64,000 nt of DNA from Spirochaetia bacterium (GTDB lineage: Bacteria; Spirochaetota; Spirochaetia; SZUA-6; Bin103). The DNA is taken from positions 2,336,001-2,400,000 of the forward strand of contig OZ241907.1 in NCBI GenBank assembly GCA_965203515.1. The letters are read 5' to 3'. Every line of letters begins with the position of its first letter. Positions within the stretch are counted from its first letter, which is position 1. A program made the translations under genes and the position numbers. Below are positions 47,388-58,000 of this stretch, piece by piece. Under the pieces are notes generated by a model. It was given only the letters and a program-made list of their open reading frames with translations. It made no database searches and was not told the DNA's origin.

Positions 47388-48757
47388 TTCCCGGTCTGGG
47401 TCAGGGCGAGTTCGATCGCCTCCGGCAGGCGCCGCACCACCCGGGCGGAGATCAGGAACTCCTGGGCGCCCTGCACCTCGGCGGCGTAGAAGTCCTGATC
47501 GTACGGGATCAGACCGACGTCGATGCGCTCCGGCGGCCCGGATTCCAACACGTACCCGATGCGGATCGTGGGGTCCCCGTCGACGGGGTCGCCGGGTAGC
47601 TCCAGGTCGGCGAGCAACCCGATCATCGCCTGATACAGATCCTTGGCGGGATCCTCGGCCAGGGCGGCGCCGTTCAGCGTGAAGGTCTCCTCCTCCCCTT
47701 CCCCTTCCCGGATCACGTCGAACGTATGGACCTGGTCGCCGACCTGCACGGTCGCCCGATCGATCGCGGTGATGTTGACCAGCGCCAGGAAGCGGCTGAC
47801 CAGATCGAACGGGGCCACCTCCATGAACCGCTGCACGTCGCGCGCGTCGATGCCGTAGATGATCGGCTCCTGCGCCTGCTTCACGTACAGCCGGTCGCGG
47901 CCGTACGCGCTGCCGAACTGCAGGTGCAGGGCCCCCCGGCCGTGATTGACGATGAGCTGCATGCGCGGCGGGGTCAGCCCGTACGCGGCCGGATCGTCGG
48001 CCCGGTCGGCGATGAACTCGTCGACGCGGATCGCCGCGGCGGCGTTGATCAACTCTTCCATCTTCTCCGCGTCCGCGCCGCGCTGCATCGCATACGGGCG
48101 CACCATGACGTCGCGCGACAGCACGTGCGGCATGCCGTGCGGCTCGAAGTAGCGCACGATCTCCATCGCGCCGTGATCGTTCTCCACCACCAGCCGGTTC
48201 ACCGTCGCCGTGTCGATGCGGGGCAGACGCCGCACGCGCAGGTCGTCGATCGTCCACGCCATCTGGTTCTTGTTGTTCTGCCACACCGTGAAGACGCGCG
48301 AATCGCCGTCGATCATGATGTAGTCGGTGTTGCGGCTCGGCGTGCGGTCGCCAAACGTCACGGTGCGCTCCGTGCCGTCGGCCAGCTTCACGCTGCCCAC
48401 GACGTCGCCGCGGTCGAGTCCGTAGATCGACAGGTCGTCCGGGTCCTCGGCCACCACGTCGCGGGCCCAGAGCCGGGCGAACATCGACACGATCGTGAGG
48501 AGCCGGTTCGGGTCGAGATCCGCGTCCTCCTGTCCCGGCACTACCCAGGCGTCGCCCTGCCGGCGTAGCGACAGCGCGGTGTCGGGCGTGCGCAGGTCGA
48601 TCTCCACGAGGTCCTCGTCCGGGACGTTGAGCACCTCCACGTTCTCGTCCGGCAGCGGCGGCGGCGGTGGCTCCGGCCGGTTGCTCAGGAACAGGTAGGC
48701 GGCCGCCAGCGCCGCGATCGCGACGCCGAAGACGGCCAGCAGGACCCCGCGCTTCAA
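47384..48757 (-). CDS. DUF4340-type membrane-anchored protein
   Basis: N-terminal TM helix; two internal repeats with DLSIYGLD / DPAAYGLT; last gene of the ABC operon. Confidence 0.75.
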
Positions 48758-48767
48758 CGCCCCGCCT

Positions 48768-50204
48768 CTACAGGTGCCGGCGCCGCAGCCAGACCACCAG
48801 GCCGGCGCCGAGCACGATCAACGGCACCAGCGCCACCACGACCCCGGTCATGATCCACGTGCTGAGGTTGTTGAGACGCAGCGGCAGCATCAGCGTCACC
48901 TTGGGGCGCACCGAAATCGTCTCTTCCCGTTCGTAGACCCAGTTGATGCTGTTCACCATCAGGTCGATGTTGCCCGGAAACGCCTGCGCGAAGTCGGAGC
49001 GCAACAGGAACGCGGTGGAGAGCACGACGATGCGGGTGTCGTCGCCTTCTACCGTCGGAGCGGGGTCCGTGATGGCGACCGCCAGCGTGAAGGGGCCGCG
49101 CGGGTCGCCTTCCTGCGGCAGCAACTCGCCGCCCTCGGCGCCGATCAGCTCGGAGCGCGCGAACGCCTCCCCGGAGCTTGCGAGCAGCCGATCGATATCG
49201 AGCGAGCGGCGGCGCACCTCCAACTCCTCGATCCACGCCGGGCCCGGCAGCACCACCAGCCGCCGGTCGAGCGAGATCGGCGAGGTGATCGGATGGCTCA
49301 CCACCTCCGGGACCAGCAGGCTGGGCTGGTTCGGCAGATGGCGGCGGGAGTCCCGTTCGATCACCCAGTCCTGACGGAACTGCACGCCGTAGCTGCGCAG
49401 CAAGCCGTTGAGGTTGACCAGATCGACGTCGGTGACCTTGCTGAGCGCGAAGATCGCCTTGCCGCCGCCTTCCAGATAGGCGCGCAGCCGGTCGACCTCA
49501 TCCTCGGTGTAGTCGGTGGTGGGCGCGGCGACCACCACGATCGTCGCATCTTCGGGGACCGCATCGACCAGCAGCAGGTTGAGGTCCTCGAGCGCGAAGT
49601 TCTCGATCTCCAGGATGCGGCGCAACCCCAGGCCGGTGACGTTCTGCTCGCGGTGGCCGGTGATCGAGTAGATCTTCGGGTCCTGGTCGGAGAGGACGTA
49701 CAGCAGCGCGGAGGTGACCTGCTGCTCCACGTTGAGCCCGATCTGGCGGTTGTTCTGCGTGAGCCGCAGCGAGAAGACGCTGATCACGCGGTGCTTGTCC
49801 GCGCTCGCCACCACCAGGTCGCCGGTGCGCAGACCGCCCTCGTCATCGAAGCGGTCCGCCTGCGTGGGGCTGCGCTCCGCGTCCAGGGTCTTGATCGTGA
49901 TGTTCCGGGAGCGGTCGGCGTAGAGATGCAGGATGTCGTCGATCTCGGGATTCTCGTCGCCCAGCGGGTAGACGCCGTAGATCGTCACCGGCTCCTCGAT
50001 CCGGTCCGCCACCTGCATCGACTGCTCGGAGAGCGTGTAGATGCCGCTCTCGGTCAGGTCGAACTCGACGTCGAGCTGGTCGATCACCAGATTGACCAGC
50101 ACCAGGCCGGCCACCGCGATCAACGAGACCAGGGTGGCGTAGCCGCCGTAGCGGACCTTCTTCTGCTCCTTGAAGTCGAACGACAACAGATCCTTGAATG
50201 CCAT
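48768..50204 (-). CDS. GldG-like ABC transporter auxiliary component
   Basis: DLTESGIYTLS; TGHRE; APTTDY..YLEGGG; N- and C-terminal TM helices. Confidence 0.82.
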   Translation of the reverse strand: MAFKDLLSFDFKEQKKVRYGGYATLVSLIAVAGLVLVNLVIDQLDVEFDLTESGIYTLSEQSMQVADRIEEPVTIYGVYPLGDENPEIDDILHLYADRSRNITIKTLDAERSPTQADRFDDEGGLRTGDLVVASADKHRVISVFSLRLTQNNRQIGLNVEQQVTSALLYVLSDQDPKIYSITGHREQNVTGLGLRRILEIENFALEDLNLLLVDAVPEDATIVVVAAPTTDYTEDEVDRLRAYLEGGGKAIFALSKVTDVDLVNLNGLLRSYGVQFRQDWVIERDSRRHLPNQPSLLVPEVVSHPITSPISLDRRLVVLPGPAWIEELEVRRRSLDIDRLLASSGEAFARSELIGAEGGELLPQEGDPRGPFTLAVAITDPAPTVEGDDTRIVVLSTAFLLRSDFAQAFPGNIDLMVNSINWVYEREETISVRPKVTLMLPLRLNNLSTWIMTGVVVALVPLIVLGAGLVVWLRRRHL

Positions 50205-50215
50205 CTTTCCGCTCC

Positions 50216-51079
50216 TCAGGCCCAGCGCCGCTTGTCGATCATCCGCACCGTCAGCAGCAGGAAGAACGCGCTGAAGGTGAGGTAGTAGACGATCGGGCTG
50301 AGGCTCAGGATGCCCCGCGCGAAGGTGTCGTAGCGGTCCACGGGTGAGAACCAGACCAGGAACCGGCTGATGAAGGTGTCGAAGAAGGTGACGTCGACCA
50401 GCACGATCACCACCACGACGGCCGCCGCCGCGACCGCGGCTCCGGCGGTGACGATCACGTTGCGGGTAGCCAGAAAGGTCAGGCCGGCCACGCCCGCCCC
50501 CAGCGCCGCGGTGAAGATGATGCCCGCCGACTGGTCGGCCGGGATCAGCCGCTGCACGCCGGGCATCACCCACATCAGGAACAGCGCGACGAAGGTGACG
50601 ATCGCCGCGACCACCAGACTCTCCGTGGTCGAGGAGATGAAGCAGCCGACCGCTACGAATGCGGCGGCCAGCAGCAGGAAGCCGACGTAGGCGGTCACGA
50701 TCTCACCGACGGGAAGCGAGCCGAAGAACGACAGGGCGATCGGGTAGGTCACGGTGATCAGCAGCATGACGACCAGCACGGTCATCGCCGCGCCGAACTT
50801 GCCGATGACGATGTCGGTGAGTTGCAGCGGCACGGTAAGCAGCAGCTGGTCGGTGCGCAGCCGCCGCTCCTCCGTGAACAGCCGCATGGTCAGCACCGGG
50901 ATGACGAAGATCAGCATGAAGCGCATCTGCGCCAGCACGCCGCCGTACAGCGGGCTGCGCGGGAACGCGATGGCGAAGGTGAAGGTGATGCCGAACAGCA
51001 CCAGGAACAGCCCCATCGAGATGTAGCCGAAGGGCGATTGGAAGTAGGCGCGAAACTCGCGCCGCCAGATGGCTGCCAT
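50216..51079 (-). CDS. ABC-2 type permease (GldF-like)
   Basis: RREFRAYFQSP; LTMRLFTEERR..TDQLLLT. Confidence 0.88.
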   Translation of the reverse strand: MAAIWRREFRAYFQSPFGYISMGLFLVLFGITFTFAIAFPRSPLYGGVLAQMRFMLIFVIPVLTMRLFTEERRLRTDQLLLTVPLQLTDIVIGKFGAAMTVLVVMLLITVTYPIALSFFGSLPVGEIVTAYVGFLLLAAAFVAVGCFISSTTESLVVAAIVTFVALFLMWVMPGVQRLIPADQSAGIIFTAALGAGVAGLTFLATRNVIVTAGAAVAAAAVVVVIVLVDVTFFDTFISRFLVWFSPVDRYDTFARGILSLSPIVYYLTFSAFFLLLTVRMIDKRRWA

Positions 51080-52029
51080 CAGCCGGCCTCCTGATCGGAA
51101 TCGTCTTCGGTGAGCTGCAGAAATATCTCCTCCAGCGTCACCTCCAGCGACCGCAGCCCGAACAGCGGCAGCTTGGCCGCGGCGAGGGCGAAGAAGATCG
51201 CTTCGCGCGGGTCGGCGTCGCCGGTTTCGACCTCCAGGTCGACGGTGCCGGTGGCGGCGCTCTGCCCGGTGACCCGCACCGCCCGGACGCCGTCGACCTT
51301 GTCGAGCACGGCCCGAGCGGCCGGCGCGCCGGCCTTGACGCGGACCGCCAGCCGGCCGGAACCGGCGAGCGCCTTGCCGAGGTTCTCCGCCGTATCGCTG
51401 GCCACGATCTTGCCGTGGCTGATGATGATGATGCGTTCGCAGACCGCCGAGACCTCCGGCAGGATGTGCGAGCTGAGGATGACGGTCCGCCGCTCGCCCA
51501 GCGCGCGGACCAGATCGCGCATCTCGATGATCTGGTGCGGGTCGAGCCCGATGGTCGGCTCATCCAGGATGAGCGCCTTGGGATCGCCGACCAGCGCCTG
51601 TCCCAGGCCGACCCGCTGCCGGTACCCCTTGGACAGGTTGCGGATCAGCCGGTCGGCGACGTCGTCGATGCCGACCGCCCGCATGATCTCTTCGTTCGCG
51701 TCGTGCTCCGCCTTCGGCACGCCCTTGACGCGGGCGACGAACCGCAGGTAATCGCGCACCGTCATGTCGACGTACAGCGGCGGCAGCTCCGGCAGATAGC
51801 CGAGCTTGCGCTTGGCGCCGATCGGATCCTCCAGGACGTCGATGCCGTCGACGGTCACCCGGCCGTCGGTCGCCGACAGGAATCCGGTGATGATGTTCAT
51901 CGTGGTCGACTTGCCGGCGCCGTTCGGCCCCAGGAAGCCGACCACCTCACCGTCTTCGACGCGGAAGCTGACATCGTCCACGGCGGTATGCGTGCCGTAG
52001 CGCTTGGTGACGTTCGTGACCTCGATCAT
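51079..52029 (-). CDS. ABC transporter ATP-binding protein (GldA-like)
   Basis: GPNGAGKST; LSKGYRQR; LDEPT; SSHIL. Confidence 0.93.
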   Translation of the reverse strand: MIEVTNVTKRYGTHTAVDDVSFRVEDGEVVGFLGPNGAGKSTTMNIITGFLSATDGRVTVDGIDVLEDPIGAKRKLGYLPELPPLYVDMTVRDYLRFVARVKGVPKAEHDANEEIMRAVGIDDVADRLIRNLSKGYRQRVGLGQALVGDPKALILDEPTIGLDPHQIIEMRDLVRALGERRTVILSSHILPEVSAVCERIIIISHGKIVASDTAENLGKALAGSGRLAVRVKAGAPAARAVLDKVDGVRAVRVTGQSAATGTVDLEVETGDADPREAIFFALAAAKLPLFGLRSLEVTLEEIFLQLTEDDSDQEAG

Positions 52030-52127
52030 CGCCTCAGACCGTACGCGGTGTTTGGTGTCGAATGGAAGCCGCCGGCGCCGCGCTCGCGGGGCGCATGGCC
52101 CAGCCGACCACGGTACTATATCGGAAG

Positions 52128-53150
52128 ATGGCGAGCGAGAGGCAAGCGCCGGCGGAACGGCGCTTTCTGGTATCGACGATCTGCCGGGGCAGCCGCCCCG
52201 GCGAGGCGTGCGGACACCTGTACGTGGTCGACCCGGAGCGCGGCGTCGACAGCGCCTGTCCGGTGCCGCCGCCGCCGCACCTGCACCGGGAGCCGAACCC
52301 GCGCGGCGGCATCCGCGGCGGCCGCGGGCTGGCGGCCTGCGGCGATACGGTCTACGTGGCCAACGGCGCCGGGGTGCTGCGCTTCGATCGATCCTGGCGG
52401 CTGCTTGCCGAGATCGGCCACCGGTGGTGCGGCAACGTGCACGACATCGCGGTCCGCGACGATCGGCTGTGGGTCTGCTCGACCGCCAACGACGCGCTGG
52501 CGGCCTTCGACCCGGCCGGCCGTCTGGCCGACCTGATCGACCTGCGCCCGGCCGCCCTGCTCGCCGGCGACCGCTCGCGCTTCGCGGCGGCGGCCGACTA
52601 TCGCGACCCGGCCGGCTACCGCGCGGCGGAGAGCGACCTCCTGCACGCCAACGGCATCGGCTTCGATGCGGCCGGCGCGCCGGTGGTGACGCTCGGGCTG
52701 GCTGCGGCAGCCACGCCGGACCGCCCCCGCCGCGGCCTGATCGCGCGGGCCGACGGGCGCGGCGCGCCGGTCACGGTCGCCGACGGCGCCGCGGCGCCGA
52801 TCCACAACGTGGTGCCGCGCGCCGACGGCACGATCCTGACGCTCGACACCGGCGCCGGCGCGCTCCGCATCCTGTCGCCCGACGGCGCCATCCTGCCGCC
52901 CGACGGCACCGCGGCCGCTTCGCTGACGCTGGCGCCGCCGGCGCCGCGCGGGTTCCTGCGCGGCCTCTGTCCGGCCGGCGGCGACCGGCTGCTGGCCGGC
53001 GAGCGCAACCGGCTCCTGATCGTCGACCTGAGCACGGCGCAGATCGCCGGCACCGTCACGCTGAGCGCCTCGCCCCGCGAAGCGGTCTACGCGATCGCGC
53101 CGCTGCCGGCCGGATTCGATCCGCTGCCCCCGTGCCTCACGGTCGCGTGA
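52128..53150 (+). CDS. Hypothetical protein, probable beta-propeller
   Basis: Repeated short beta-strand units (GRGLA, VHDIA, HANGIG, IHNVV, LRGLC). Confidence 0.6.
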   Translation: MASERQAPAERRFLVSTICRGSRPGEACGHLYVVDPERGVDSACPVPPPPHLHREPNPRGGIRGGRGLAACGDTVYVANGAGVLRFDRSWRLLAEIGHRWCGNVHDIAVRDDRLWVCSTANDALAAFDPAGRLADLIDLRPAALLAGDRSRFAAAADYRDPAGYRAAESDLLHANGIGFDAAGAPVVTLGLAAAATPDRPRRGLIARADGRGAPVTVADGAAAPIHNVVPRADGTILTLDTGAGALRILSPDGAILPPDGTAAASLTLAPPAPRGFLRGLCPAGGDRLLAGERNRLLIVDLSTAQIAGTVTLSASPREAVYAIAPLPAGFDPLPPCLTVA

Positions 53151-53213
53151 CGAAACACGCGGCGGTACGCGGAGATCGACCGGCGCCGCGCGGCGAACCG
53201 CCTACTGAGACCG

Positions 53214-54440
53214 CTACTGGTGGCGCAGCAGCCGCGGACTGCGCAGCGCGATGAGGACCGCAAGACCGATCAGCAGCGCCCCGAAGATCGCCAACGCCGC
53301 GCGCACGCCGAGCAGTTCGGCCAGCGCGCCGGCCGGCAGGACGCCGACCGGCGTGAGCCCGAAGTTCATGGCGTAGATGCTCACCACCCGGCCGCGGTAC
53401 TCCGCGTCGGCGACCTCCAGCAGCAGCGCCTGGTTGAGCGCGCGCCGCAGCGCGTCACCGATGCCGATCATGGCGGTCAGCGCCACCGCCACCGGCAGTA
53501 CCGGCAGTGCGCCGATCAGCAGCAACCCGACGCCGGACGCGACCGCGCCGCCCAACAGCAGCGCGCCGCGCCAGCGCCGTCCCGCCCACGCCACGTAGGA
53601 CGAGCCCAGGATCGCGCCCAGGCCGATCATGCTGGACAGCAGACCGAGCGTGCGCGGCCCGTGCCGGTAGACCTCGACCACCAGCACCGGCAACAGCGAC
53701 CGGTACGGCATCGCCAACACCGTGAAGGCGAGCGCCACCACGATCAGCGCCACCACCAGCTCGTCGTTGCGCGCATAGCGCACGCCGGCGCCGATGTCGC
53801 GGAGGAACGATCGCGCCCCCCGCGACCGCGCGCCGGGCTTGCCCGGCTGGCGCACCAGGCTGGTGCAGGCGACCGCGAGCAGATCGGCGGCCAGGACCGC
53901 GGCGTAGACTCCCAGCGGACCGATGGCGTCGTATGCGATCCCCGCCAACGCCGGTCCGAGCAGGGTGGTGACGCTGAACGAAATCGATACCAGCGCCACG
54001 GCGTTGCCGGTCAGGTCGTCGCCGACGATGTCGACGATCAGCGACTGGCGCGCCGGCACCACGAAGGCGAACGCCACACCCTGCACCGCCGATGCCGCCA
54101 GCAGGTGACCCCAGGCGATCACGCCGAAGTGCAGCGCCGCCACCACCGACGCGGCGCTCGCCGCGATCAGGAGCTGGCCGATCTGGATGATGCGGCGGCG
54201 CGGCACGCGGTCGGCCAGCGCGCCCCCCAACAGCGATAACGTCAACATGGGCAGCGCGAAACCCATGCTGACCACGCCCAGGATGAAGGCCGAGTCGGTC
54301 AGCTCATAGGCCAGGTACCCGGCGGCGATGAAGGTCGCCTGATTCCCTCCCATGATGATGGAGTTGCCCAGCCACAGGTAGCGGAAATCGCGGTGACCCA
54401 GCGCGCGGAAGCGCGACCGCCACGCGGACGCAAAGCCCAT
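53214..54440 (-). CDS. MFS transporter
   Basis: About 12 hydrophobic helices; [11 protein letters not shown] motif A; YRGRVVS. Confidence 0.9.
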   Translation of the reverse strand: MGFASAWRSRFRALGHRDFRYLWLGNSIIMGGNQATFIAAGYLAYELTDSAFILGVVSMGFALPMLTLSLLGGALADRVPRRRIIQIGQLLIAASAASVVAALHFGVIAWGHLLAASAVQGVAFAFVVPARQSLIVDIVGDDLTGNAVALVSISFSVTTLLGPALAGIAYDAIGPLGVYAAVLAADLLAVACTSLVRQPGKPGARSRGARSFLRDIGAGVRYARNDELVVALIVVALAFTVLAMPYRSLLPVLVVEVYRHGPRTLGLLSSMIGLGAILGSSYVAWAGRRWRGALLLGGAVASGVGLLLIGALPVLPVAVALTAMIGIGDALRRALNQALLLEVADAEYRGRVVSIYAMNFGLTPVGVLPAGALAELLGVRAALAIFGALLIGLAVLIALRSPRLLRHQ

Positions 54441-54456
54441 TCGAATCGCCGCCGTC

Positions 54457-56241
54457 TTACCATCCGAACCCGTAGCCGATCACGTTGCGGGGCGACACGC
54501 CGCCGCGGATCACGCCGTGCTCCGCGTCGATGCGGGCGGCCATCGGCTTGCCGTGGCCCCACGGTCCGGTCATCCGCACCTGGTGGCCGCGCCGGCGGAG
54601 ATCGTCCAGCACCGCCGCGTCGATGCGGCTCTCGGCGGAGACGCCCCGCCTGTGCGCGCGGCGCGGATAGAAGGACGACGGAAAGTGGATCGAATGGACC
54701 GTGGGCGCCTCCAGCGCCTGTTGCAGCGGCATGCCGAACACCGCGTGGTTGAGGAAGACCTGCAGCGTCCACTGGTCCTGGCCGTCACCGCCCGGCGTGC
54801 CGAACACCAGGTCCGGACGGCCGTCGCGCGTGACCAGGCTGGGCGTCAGCGTGGCGCGCGGCCGTTTGCGACCGGCGGCCGCGTTGGCCCGATTCGGGTT
54901 GAGGTAGAACATCTGCGCGCGCGTCCCCAGCGCGAAGCCCAGCCCCGGCACCACCGGAGAGGTGCCGATCCAGCCGCCCGACGGGGTGCAGGCGACCATG
55001 TTGCCGTCGGCGTCGATCGCGTCGCAGTGCGTGGTGTCGCCCATGTGCGCGTGGCCGGCGCCCGCTCCCGCCCGGCGGCCGGCGATGCCGAGCGCGGCGC
55101 GGTTATCGGCCGGCACGTCGGCGAGCGGCAATCCCTCCGCTCCCAGCGGTCCGGCGACCAGCTCCCCGGACGCGTCGGCGCCGATCGCCGGTCGCCGGTC
55201 GTCGGCGTAGCCGGCCGACAGCAGCCGGTCGAGCGGCACCCGATCGTGTTCCGGGTCGCCGTAGTACGCCTCCCGGTCGGCAAAGGCGAGCTTGGCGCAC
55301 TCGATCACGGTGTGCAGGTACTCGGCCGAGTTGTGTCCCATCCCCTGCAGGTCGAAGCCGTCGAGCAGGCGGAGCTGCTGCAGAAAGACCGGCCCCTGCG
55401 TCCACGGGCCGCACTTGTGGACCTCGACGCCGCGGAAGTCGGCGCTGCACGGCGTCTCCACCGCCGCCCGCCAGGCGGCCATGTCGTCCATGGTCAGCAG
55501 CCCGGCGTGCCGCTCGCCGCTGGCGTCGAGCAGCGGCTCGGCGATGAAGCGGACGATGCGCTCGGCGATCGGGCCCCGGTAGAAGACGTCGCGCGCCGCT
55601 TCGATGCCGCGCTCCCGCCCGCCGCCCGCCGCCTCCTCGGCAGCGACCAGCATGCGCAGCATCGCCGCGAAGTCGGGGTTGCGAAACCGTTCGCCCGGCT
55701 GCGGCACGCGGCCGCCCGGGCAGTAGATCGCCGCGGTCGAGGGATAGCGCTCCAGGAACAGCGCGGCCCGATCCGCGGTGCTGCGGCTGAACGCCGGATA
55801 GACCGGAAAGCCGTCTTCGGCAAGCTCGATGGCGGGGGCCAGAATGTCCGCGAAGCGGAGGCGGCCGAAGCGCGCCACCGCGCATGCCCAGGTGTCCAGG
55901 GTGGCCGGCACGCAGGCCGGCAGGAAGCCGTCGCCGGGGATGAGGTCGATACCGTGCTCCCGGCAGTAGTCGATGGTGAGCGCCGCCGGCGAGCAGCCCA
56001 TGCCGCTGATCGCGTACGGCGCACCCTCCGCGGCGGAATAGATGAGGGTCGGCGCCTCGCCGCCGATGCCGTTGGCGTACGGCTCCAACAGGTTCAGGCA
56101 GATGCACATGGCCGCCGCGGCGTCGATGGCGTTGCCGCCCCGATCCATGACGTGCGCGCCGGCCGCCGTGGCCAAGTAGTGCCCGGAGGTGACCACGTAG
56201 CGGCGGCCCATGATCTCCGGGCGGGTCGTGAAGTCGTCCAT
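54457..56241 (-). CDS. Gamma-glutamyltransferase-family Ntn hydrolase
   Basis: [21 protein letters not shown] autocleavage Thr; FGTPGGDGQ. Confidence 0.92.
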   Translation of the reverse strand: MDDFTTRPEIMGRRYVVTSGHYLATAAGAHVMDRGGNAIDAAAAMCICLNLLEPYANGIGGEAPTLIYSAAEGAPYAISGMGCSPAALTIDYCREHGIDLIPGDGFLPACVPATLDTWACAVARFGRLRFADILAPAIELAEDGFPVYPAFSRSTADRAALFLERYPSTAAIYCPGGRVPQPGERFRNPDFAAMLRMLVAAEEAAGGGRERGIEAARDVFYRGPIAERIVRFIAEPLLDASGERHAGLLTMDDMAAWRAAVETPCSADFRGVEVHKCGPWTQGPVFLQQLRLLDGFDLQGMGHNSAEYLHTVIECAKLAFADREAYYGDPEHDRVPLDRLLSAGYADDRRPAIGADASGELVAGPLGAEGLPLADVPADNRAALGIAGRRAGAGAGHAHMGDTTHCDAIDADGNMVACTPSGGWIGTSPVVPGLGFALGTRAQMFYLNPNRANAAAGRKRPRATLTPSLVTRDGRPDLVFGTPGGDGQDQWTLQVFLNHAVFGMPLQQALEAPTVHSIHFPSSFYPRRAHRRGVSAESRIDAAVLDDLRRRGHQVRMTGPWGHGKPMAARIDAEHGVIRGGVSPRNVIGYGFGW

Positions 56242-56427
56242 GCTGCTACCTCGTTTCAACGCGACAGGCGGTCGCCGGCAGGGCCGTCGAACAGGAAATC
56301 CAGAGTACGGTCGGCCACGGTGCGCCAAGGCCGCGAACCGACTCGGGGCCTCCAGGTTAGCACGGCTGGGCCATCAGGGCGACGCTCCGTGGGACGCGAA
56401 TGGACTACGCGGTACGGGTCTGCGACG

Positions 56428-57467
56428 ATGTCGCGTCGGCCTGCGGTTGTGCCTCCTGATCGTCAGTTCGAGACCCACCCCCATTCCTTTGCAGGATGGC
56501 CAGGGCTCCGGGTCGCGCTGCCGGGGCACTTCGCCGGGCCGGTCGTCCTGGAAGCGATCCGCCCGCTCGGCCCCGGCGGCGCGGGCGGCTGCGAGTGCCG
56601 CGTGCGCCTGCCCGACGGGACGCTCGACGAACGCCGCCGCGCGCAGGAGGCGTTCCGCGCCGGCCGGCAGGTGTGCGTGGCCACCGAGGCGGCCGGCGAA
56701 GGCATCAACCTGCAGTTCTGCCACCTGCTGATCAACTACGATCTGCCTTGGAACCCGACCCGCCTGGAGCAGCGCCTGGGCCGCATCCACCGCATCGGGC
56801 AGGCGCGCGACGTCCATGCCTTCAACGTGATGGCGCTGCTCGGGCGCGAGCGAAGCGAGCCGCAGGTGGCGCTGGCGCGGCAGCGCGCGGAGCGGGACCT
56901 GGAAGACCTGCAGCGCACCATGCCGGACGCCTGGCCGGGATCGAGCGGCTGCGCGTCGCCCGCCACGGTCCCGTGCGGCACCTGGCGAGCTGCCTGGTGC
57001 TGCCCCCGGACGGCGCCGCCGGCGAGTTGGACGCCAAGTTGCAGCAGCGGGTCGAGCGGGCCGCCGAGGAGGTGGTGGTCGCCTACGAGGAGGGCCGCGG
57101 CCGCGAGTGCACCCGGGTAGGGCACGAGAAGATCGGCTTCGACATCCGCAGCCTGGCGCCGCCGGACACGCAGACCGGCTACCGCGATCCGGTGACCGGG
57201 GTGCGGCGGATCGAAGTGAAGGGCCGCCGCCGCGGCCGCCCGGTCCGGCTGACCACCAACGAGTGGTACAAGGCGCAACAACTCGGCGACAGCTACTGGC
57301 TGTACGTGGTCTGGGACCCGCTGGACGACCCCGACCCGGTGCCGCTGATGATCCGCAACCCGGCGCGCCGCCTGGACCACGCCAAGCAGGAGGTCGTCGG
57401 TTCCCGCTCCTATGACCTGCCGGCCGCCGCCGTCGAGCAGGCCGCGCGCGAGCAGTCGACATCCTGA
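56428..57467 (+). pseudogene. Internally deleted SNF2-type helicase-DUF3883 nuclease gene
   Basis: Only the helicase C motifs remain ([35 protein letters not shown]), with no Walker A or DEAH. Frameshift near 56918. C-terminal GFDI..IEVKG..LTTNEW..YWLYVV. Confidence 0.82.
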
Positions 57468-57532
57468 CGGATGGACGGATTGAAGCGCCTGCGCCGCCGG
57501 CGCGTTATTGGCTATAGTAGCAGGAGGTGCCG

Positions 57533-57901
57533 ATGGGAGAGCCGGTGATGCTGAAGGAAGAGGACGTCGTCCGCATCGGGGACTACGTCAAGCCGTGGCT
57601 CCGGGAGCTGGTCGACCACGTGGTCCCGCGGGCGGAGACGGTCGATGTCCCCGCCGCCCTGTTGGAGCGGATGGTTCGGATCGAGGAAGAGCTCAAGGCT
57701 CTGCGGGTGCTGATGGACGAGCGCTTCGAGTTCATGGAGCGGCGTTTCCAAGCGGTGGACAAACGTTTCGAGGCGGTCGACAAGCGCTTCGAGGATCTGA
57801 TCGGGGCTACGGACAAGCGCTTCAACACGCTGACGTGGATGATCGGCGTGGGCTTCGTGGTCGTCACGTCGCTGACGACGGTATTCGCGTTGCTCGCGTA
57901 G
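57533..57901 (+). CDS. Small heptad-repeat coiled-coil protein with a C-terminal TM helix
   Basis: AGGAGG SD; DERFEFM-ERRFQAV-DKRFEAV-DKRFEDL repeats; hydrophobic tail. Confidence 0.85.
   Translation: MGEPVMLKEEDVVRIGDYVKPWLRELVDHVVPRAETVDVPAALLERMVRIEEELKALRVLMDERFEFMERRFQAVDKRFEAVDKRFEDLIGATDKRFNTLTWMIGVGFVVVTSLTTVFALLA
57716..57799 (+). repeat. Four degenerate 21-bp coding repeats
   Basis: gacgagcgcttcgagttcatg / gagcggcgtttccaagcggtg / gacaaacgtttcgaggcggtc / gacaagcgcttcgaggatctg. Confidence 0.85.
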
Positions 57902-58000
57902 GATCGACCGGAGACACGACGGAACGGACGGTCGCCGCCGGCCACGACGGGCAAACTCGCCGTACCGTCGGTCGCGGGGACCACAACCGACAGCGTGACT

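Noticed and set aside
54517..57120. Apparent 867-aa helicase fusion
   Set aside because: The N-terminal ~640 codons are mostly antisense to the GGT gene; only the part from ~56428 is helicase-derived.
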